Positions 58,572 to 64,000 of a stretch of DNA of 64,000 nucleotides are shown piece after piece. The translations under genes were made by a program, and so were the position numbers. The stretch's first letter is position 1; each line of letters opens with the position of its first letter. The notes beneath the pieces are model-generated. The model had not been told where the DNA came from, searched no databases, and saw only the letters and a program-made list of their open reading frames with translations. Source of the DNA: Candidatus Falkowbacteria bacterium RIFOXYC2_FULL_36_12 (GTDB lineage Bacteria > Patescibacteriota > Patescibacteriia > UBA11705); assembly GCA_001778235.1 (NCBI GenBank), contig MFGJ01000007.1:264331-328330 (forward strand), in the 5' to 3' direction.

Positions 58572-59519
58572 GTGGTAAAATTACATTATATGAAAAATTT
58601 TATAATAAGAAAAAACTTTATTGGAGAAAGACTGGACAAGTATTTAACTGTAAGAATGGAGATAACACGGTCTCAAATCAAAAAATTAATCAATAGCAAC
58701 GGAGTTCTAGTCAATAAGAAAGTTCCGAGTACTCACCAATTCCTAAAACCTGGGGATCGAATAGCCATTTTAGGTGAAGAACAAAGAACTGAACCAGAAA
58801 AACTAGCCAGTAATACAAGGAAAATTCTCGAACCTCAAATTATCTATGATTGCGAGGATTATTTTATTATTAATAAACCTGCGGGCATGCTGGTTCATCC
58901 GACAAGACGACAAGAAAAGAACACTTTGATTGACTGGTTACTGAAAAAATACCCAGCACTAGCAAAAGTTGGCGAAGACCCTGCTCGTCCAGCTCTAGTA
59001 CATCGATTAGATAAAGAAGTTTCAGGACTGATGATAATACCACGAAATTTAAATTCTTTTGATTTTTTCAAAGCGCAATTCAAACAAAGAACAATCAAAA
59101 AAGAATACCTGGCTTTGGTTCACGGAGTACTGGCCAATGAAGCTGGGGAGCTAACTTTCCCGATTGCCAGATCAAAGGATGGAAAATTTATTGCTCAACC
59201 AATCGGCTCTGAAGATGGAAAAAGTGCCATAACAAATTATAAAATTAAAAAAAGATTCTTGCACTATACTTTACTTCATGTTCAACCAAAAACTGGTAGA
59301 ACCAACCAAATCAGAATTCATTTAAATGCAATCACCCACCCGATTGTCGGGGATACTCTATATACTTCAAGAAAAGTTGAACAAAGAAGTAAATTAAAAT
59401 TAAATAGAGTTTTCCTGCATGCAAGTAGATTAATTTTTATTGACATGAATGGTCAGGAAAAAGTTTTTGAAGCCTCATTACCGAAACAATTAACTGAATT
59501 ATTGAATAATTTAACCTAA
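58572..59519 (+). CDS. rluD: 23S rRNA pseudouridine synthase, RluA/RluD family with S4 domain
   Basis: S4-like N-terminus (GERLDKYL). Catalytic HRLDKEVSGLMII (HRLD..TSG). Confidence 0.85.
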   Translation: MVKLHYMKNFIIRKNFIGERLDKYLTVRMEITRSQIKKLINSNGVLVNKKVPSTHQFLKPGDRIAILGEEQRTEPEKLASNTRKILEPQIIYDCEDYFIINKPAGMLVHPTRRQEKNTLIDWLLKKYPALAKVGEDPARPALVHRLDKEVSGLMIIPRNLNSFDFFKAQFKQRTIKKEYLALVHGVLANEAGELTFPIARSKDGKFIAQPIGSEDGKSAITNYKIKKRFLHYTLLHVQPKTGRTNQIRIHLNAITHPIVGDTLYTSRKVEQRSKLKLNRVFLHASRLIFIDMNGQEKVFEASLPKQLTELLNNLT

Positions 59520-59524
59520 CTGAT

Positions 59525-60394
59525 ATGGTATTAGCTGAACAATTTAATGAAGCAAACCAATTAAGATCAAGAAAAGAAGAAAAAAAGGAGACTTTTTTAT
59601 CTAACTTACAAGCACGCGAGGCGATGATCAATCAAACGATAAACCATGAACTTGTCAGCAACCATTTGCCGTTTACAACCGAGAAAAGAGATGATCAATT
59701 TGATTTGATGAGATTAGAATTTTCTTTTTGCCAACATAGATTGCTGGAAGATAAAGCCTCATATATAAAAAGACCAGAACAGGATGATGATGTTATAAAG
59801 ATAAGCTTTGAAATTGATAGTGGAGAAAAACTAAGAATGATTCAAGTGACTTCAAATGAAGACCTACTTGGCAAGAGTCTAGCCAGACGACTGAACATGT
59901 CAGAAAATAAAAGCCAAATTCAAAAAATCCTCAAGTCAAACCCAAATGAATTGGCTGGATTTATAGCCAATTTGTTCCGCGATGATTTTATTACAAAACA
60001 AATGATAAAAGCTTTTGAGGTCGAAACCATTGACCAAGCAAGAACATATCTGACTAATAGTATCTTTGACCTTGGTAAAAGAAAGTTAATCAGCAACTTA
60101 CTGTTAGCGACTATTAACTCAATGCTAGAAAAAGCGACTCAAAATTATATACAAAAAAATAAAAATAGTCTGTCAGTACCTGAACTTGAATCAGAGTTGG
60201 ATCAAATCATAGATGAATTTTCTGAACTAGAAATCACCAAGACTGAAGTAGCTGAAATCCAAGTAAATGTGCTCAAATATTTAATAGACGGAAAAACACC
60301 AGAGCAAAGACAGAAAAATTTGCCTGAATTTAAGCATCGAGAAAGAAAGAAATACCTTGACCATCTAAGGCGTCAAATGATTAAAGCAGTTTAA
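59525..60394 (+). CDS. hypothetical protein
   Basis: 289 aa, helical and charged, no recognised motif. Confidence 0.3.
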   Translation: MVLAEQFNEANQLRSRKEEKKETFLSNLQAREAMINQTINHELVSNHLPFTTEKRDDQFDLMRLEFSFCQHRLLEDKASYIKRPEQDDDVIKISFEIDSGEKLRMIQVTSNEDLLGKSLARRLNMSENKSQIQKILKSNPNELAGFIANLFRDDFITKQMIKAFEVETIDQARTYLTNSIFDLGKRKLISNLLLATINSMLEKATQNYIQKNKNSLSVPELESELDQIIDEFSELEITKTEVAEIQVNVLKYLIDGKTPEQRQKNLPEFKHRERKKYLDHLRRQMIKAV

Positions 60395-60402
60395 GATGCA
60401 TT

Positions 60403-62280
60403 ATGGGGTTAAAAATTTTTCGACCAGAAAACTTGATAGCTGAAAAAAAATTAACTAAAAAATTCATATCACGACTGGGGGATGACCCCAGTTTAGGTTT
60501 TATTTCAAAACTTTTTGAACAGTTGCCTGAACTTCAGCTTTATCTCGTAGGCGGAATGGTCAGAGATATGATAACGGATTACCCTATTACCAAGGACTAT
60601 GATTTTGTGGCCAGAGGTGTGCCAATGAAAACACTAGTGACTGAATTACAACGACACGGCACATTGAGCTATGTTGGCAAGAATTTTGGAGTGATAAAAT
60701 TTGTTCCAGAAAATAGCCCCAGGCCAGACCCAATTGATATTGCCCTACCACGAACTGAATTGCCACAAGGGACTGGCGGTTATCGCGATGTAAAAATTGC
60801 CTCAAACCACAAGCTATTGATCGAAGATGATTTGGCGAGAAGAGATTTGACTATAAATGCGATGGCTTGGGATATCAGAAATCAGAGTTTAATAGATCCT
60901 TTTAACGGACAAAAAGATTTGGCTGACAAACAAATTCGTGCAGTTGGTAATCCTGAACAAAGATTTCAAGAAGATTATTCTCGTATGCTTAGAGCAATTA
61001 GATTTGCTTGTAAATTGGATTTTGAAATTGAAGAAAAAACTTTTCAGGCAATAAAAAAATTAATGCCTCACATAAATGACCAAAAAAAAGTTCGGCTAAT
61101 TGATACACTTGAAAGACAATCAGATATGGCAACGGATGAGCAATTAATCGGAAAATTAAAACAAAAACTTAAAGAACAAAAAATAACAAACCAAGAAGAA
61201 ACTAGACTTGAATATTTAGTTGCCAGAGAAACAGTTGGGTCTGAATTATTAAAATCACTAGAAGCAAATCCGAGAAAAGCGATTAGCCTTTTTGAGAACT
61301 GCCTGGCCATAGACAGACTACTTCCAGAAGTTCTGGAAATGAAGGGGTGCAAACAACCAACTGAATTTCATGCTGAAGGAGATGTTTGGCAACATACTAT
61401 GTTACTTTTAGAAAAAATTGAGTCAGCAGAATTTCAAGAATATTTTTCAGGGGAAACAATTTCTGGAGAATTTGTTCTCGGGGCCATTTTACATGACGCG
61501 GGCAAACCATTAACAATAAAAATGCCTACCAAAGATAAGCTAGATCGAATCAGATTTGATGGCCATGATGTTGTCGGAGCTGAAATTGTTGATCAAGTTT
61601 GTGAGAGATTCAAGTTTGCAGAATCGCAGAGAGAATTACTACGATTCATGATAAAAAATAATATGTTGGCAATGTCAGCAAAAAATATTTTTGATATACG
61701 AACCAATAAATTTTCAGAGAGGTTCATTGATAGCCCATATTCTAGAGAATTATTGATGCTGTTATTCCTAGACTGCGCCTCCAGTTTACGGTCAGATGGC
61801 AGTGTATCGATGGATAATTTTGCTGATACAGTTCAAAGGATTAAACAAATCAAGGAAATCAGAATGAGTCAACCTGATGTAATTATTTCAGGAAAAAAAT
61901 TACTCCAAACTTTAGGCCTAAAAAAAGGCGGACCACTGATGTGGTATGTGACACAAATTATTAAAGAGCTGGCTGATCAGGGAAAAATTAATTCTGAAGA
62001 TGGGGCTATTAATTTTGTAGAAAAAAATAAAAGTTATTTTCTGATTTTTATCCCAAGGGTTGATGATTTGGCACTTTTAATCAGGCTTGCAGTAAAAATG
62101 AAAAAAGCTTCGGGAAAAAGTCTCGAGAAATTGTGCGGAGAGGCCAAACAACTAAAAAATTTGAATTTTATTGATTGGGAGAAACCAAAACAAGCACTCG
62201 ATTTATTACTTAGGACAGCGATTATTACTGATGAAAGAGAACAAATCCTGCAAGAAATACAGGAAAATATACAATTTTAA
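60403..62280 (+). CDS. cca: tRNA nucleotidyltransferase / poly(A) polymerase family enzyme with HD domain and about 200-aa C-terminal extension
   Basis: LYLVGGMVRDMI...DYDF Pol-beta head. DLTINAMAWD. HD domain (ILHDAGK). 625 aa. Confidence 0.75.
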   Translation: MGLKIFRPENLIAEKKLTKKFISRLGDDPSLGFISKLFEQLPELQLYLVGGMVRDMITDYPITKDYDFVARGVPMKTLVTELQRHGTLSYVGKNFGVIKFVPENSPRPDPIDIALPRTELPQGTGGYRDVKIASNHKLLIEDDLARRDLTINAMAWDIRNQSLIDPFNGQKDLADKQIRAVGNPEQRFQEDYSRMLRAIRFACKLDFEIEEKTFQAIKKLMPHINDQKKVRLIDTLERQSDMATDEQLIGKLKQKLKEQKITNQEETRLEYLVARETVGSELLKSLEANPRKAISLFENCLAIDRLLPEVLEMKGCKQPTEFHAEGDVWQHTMLLLEKIESAEFQEYFSGETISGEFVLGAILHDAGKPLTIKMPTKDKLDRIRFDGHDVVGAEIVDQVCERFKFAESQRELLRFMIKNNMLAMSAKNIFDIRTNKFSERFIDSPYSRELLMLLFLDCASSLRSDGSVSMDNFADTVQRIKQIKEIRMSQPDVIISGKKLLQTLGLKKGGPLMWYVTQIIKELADQGKINSEDGAINFVEKNKSYFLIFIPRVDDLALLIRLAVKMKKASGKSLEKLCGEAKQLKNLNFIDWEKPKQALDLLLRTAIITDEREQILQEIQENIQF

Positions 62281-62444
62281 ATATTTATACCATTCTTGAC
62301 ATAATTTTATAAATAAGTTATCATATTGTCATCGTGTAATTTAACTAAAGCTAGATAAAAAAGTAAATAAAACAAGAACAGAATAAAGTGAGTACAGTAG
62401 ACATACAAATATTCTCTGATCTCTCTTTACTGGTATAAAAATAT

Positions 62445-62819
62445 ATGGCTGAAGAAAAGAAACAAGCTGAACAAACTGAAGTTCCAGCTCTAACAATCGA
62501 ATCAAAACAATACCCTGATGTTGTACCAGGAACGGTTGTTCGTGTTCACGAAAAAATCGTTGAAGTAAACCCAAAAGGTGAAGAGAAAAAAAGAGTTCAG
62601 ATTTTTGAAGGGACTGTACTTGAAAGAAGACATGGCAAAGGAATCAGTGCCACTATTACGGTTCGAAAAACCAGTAAAGGTTTCGGAGTAGAAAAGATTT
62701 TCCCTATAAGCTCACCGATAATTGAAAAAATTGAAGTAGTAAAAAGATATGAAGTACGCAGAGCAAATCTAGGATATTTGAGAGACTATTTCAAGAGATT
62801 AAAAGAAGTAATAAAATAA
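62445..62819 (+). CDS. rplS: 50S ribosomal protein L19
   Basis: VRVHEKIVE...[27 protein letters not shown]19 signature. Confidence 0.9.
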   Translation: MAEEKKQAEQTEVPALTIESKQYPDVVPGTVVRVHEKIVEVNPKGEEKKRVQIFEGTVLERRHGKGISATITVRKTSKGFGVEKIFPISSPIIEKIEVVKRYEVRRANLGYLRDYFKRLKEVIK

Positions 62820-62959
62820 TTTAATAGCGACATAAGCCTTTGTAATAAGGGTTTTTGTTTTGACAATACAGGAGAGATTAATCCATTAGCTGATTGACGC
62901 TTCCATTTGGAAGCGCCGGCTTTTTGACCGCGACAATAATGGCGGGAGGAAAGGAGGGA

Positions 62960-63370
62960 ATGATGAAAATTTTGCTGGTTGATCATGATAAAATATTTCT
63001 TCAAACTCTGAAAGAAAATCTAGAGCAAACACTGGATGCTGATAGTCGAACAAAAGGTAAAACTGAAATCCTTGTAGCTTATAATGGGAAAGATGGACAA
63101 AAAATGTTTGGAGAACATCATCCTGATGTGGTAATCAGTGCAATTATGTTGCCAGTCTGCAATGGTTGGGAAATGATGAGAAATATCAGAGCGATGGAAG
63201 CAGGTAATGGCGGGACAAGATGTTTGGCTGTGACCATTACAGCAATTGGTCCTAATTTGAATGAAATCACTTCCCCACTTTATGGGTTTGATGATTTTGT
63301 TGATAAACCAATTTGTGGTACTGAAGTTACTTGGTTAGCTGAAAAAATCCGTGTAAAAATGTTCCAATAA
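62960..63370 (+). CDS. stand-alone CheY-like receiver domain protein (atypical DH acid pocket)
   Basis: MKILLVDHD...DVVISAIMLPVCNGWEMMRNIR. RBS ggaggaaaggaggg precedes the ATG at 62960. The track ORF starts earlier at 62894. Confidence 0.5.
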   Translation: MMKILLVDHDKIFLQTLKENLEQTLDADSRTKGKTEILVAYNGKDGQKMFGEHHPDVVISAIMLPVCNGWEMMRNIRAMEAGNGGTRCLAVTITAIGPNLNEITSPLYGFDDFVDKPICGTEVTWLAEKIRVKMFQ

Positions 63371-63458
63371 AAATACCTTCGCAAACTACGAAGGATTTTT
63401 TTATTTAATAAGATTAGGTGAAAAACTGCTACTTATGAAAATTATTTTGTGTTTTGAA

Positions 63459-63604
63459 CCCCAGACCTGCCTTCATCAAGATTACGGCAGGCAAGCCCCA
63501 GAGATGTTCATGTTCGATGGTTTAAATATATAGACTTGGTGGTGGTGTTGACGGCAAGAAAGCCCCCAGACCTGCCTTCATCAAGATTACGGCAGGCAAG
63601 CCCC
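63459..63604. repeat. two copies of the 41-bp dispersed element ccccagacctgccttcatcaagattacggcaggcaagcccc
   Basis: Copies at 63459-63499 and 63564-63604. A third identical copy is at 4811-4851. Internal inverted repeat cctgcc/ggcagg. Confidence 0.85.
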
Positions 63605-63725
63605 GATGCTATAAAACTTACTTCCGTGGAAAATGAATCGCAGGCGATTAAATTATTTAGAGATGTGAAGGCTATGGCTTGCAAAATTAAAACCACCAGC
63701 ATTTATGCTGATGGTTTTAATTTGA

Positions 63726-64000
63726 TTATTTTAGTTCTTTAATAAGATATTTCGCGGTCAAAGACTTTTTATTTTTTATAATATCTTTTGGAGTGCCCTC
63801 GGCAACAACAAACCCACCTTCATCTCCCCCACCTGGCCCTAAATCAACCACCCAGTCAGCATTTTTTATGACATCCATATTGTGCTCAATAACTAAAACT
63901 GTGTTCCCCTTCTCAACCAAACGATTTAAAATTAATAACAATTTATTTATATCATCAAAATGTAACCCAGTTGTTGGTTCGTCCAATATATAAAGAGTTT
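63726..64000 (-). CDS. uvrA: excinuclease ABC subunit A, C-terminal end (5' part off-window)
   Basis: [17 protein letters not shown]...[31 protein letters not shown] is the UvrA C-terminal ABC signature. The reading frame is open to the window edge. Confidence 0.85.
   Translation of the reverse strand, partial: TLYILDEPTTGLHFDDINKLLLILNRLVEKGNTVLVIEHNMDVIKNADWVVDLGPGGGDEGGFVVAEGTPKDIIKNKKSLTAKYLIKELK

Noticed and set aside
63508-63742. Track ORFs 63508..63702(-) and 63536..63742(+).
   Set aside because: They mutually overlap across the two 41-bp repeat copies in the REC-uvrA intergenic region and have no motifs.

Overview
This is a 64-kb AT-rich chromosomal segment with short GC-rich islands. 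Gene content and architecture suggest a reduced-genome, anaerobic Candidate Phyla Radiation / Patescibacteria-type bacterium; that placement is inference from the sequence only. It is mostly housekeeping: an nrdR/nrdD/nrdG anaerobic ribonucleotide reductase cluster, ftsA-ftsZ, ybeY-dgkA, rpsU, hisS, lepB, an LCP protein, der, pth, dprA, folC-like, topA, two tandem short RelA/SpoT homologs, parAB, a tRNA-Leu/tRNA-fMet/tRNA-Met(CAU) cluster, scpAB, guaB, aspS+asnS, a dut fusion, cfa, rluD, a CCA/poly(A)-polymerase family enzyme, rplS and a partial uvrA. The less ordinary content is:
- an operon-like block (8.6-21.2 kb, minus strand) holding a 2669-aa and a 682-aa Cys-rich surface protein that share a VirB2/TrbC-like pilin-hairpin anchor, followed by two Ca-binding (TSP3-like) membrane proteins; a third copy of the same pilin-like module sits at the C-terminus of a 267-aa Cys-rich protein at 37.1 kb;
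- a split NrdD whose glycyl-radical domain is a separate 50-aa ORF;
- a dUTPase fused to a dCMP-deaminase-like domain that has lost its zinc ligands;
- three candidate structured ncRNAs, each bounded by a promoter and a terminator, that I could not identify;
- several dispersed short palindromic repeat families, and 9-bp tandem AGCGAG arrays that abut start codons.
I found no rRNA, CRISPR array, transposase or integrase. Coordinates that I derived by hand (small ORF, tRNAs, repeats, promoters) may be off by 1-2 nt.
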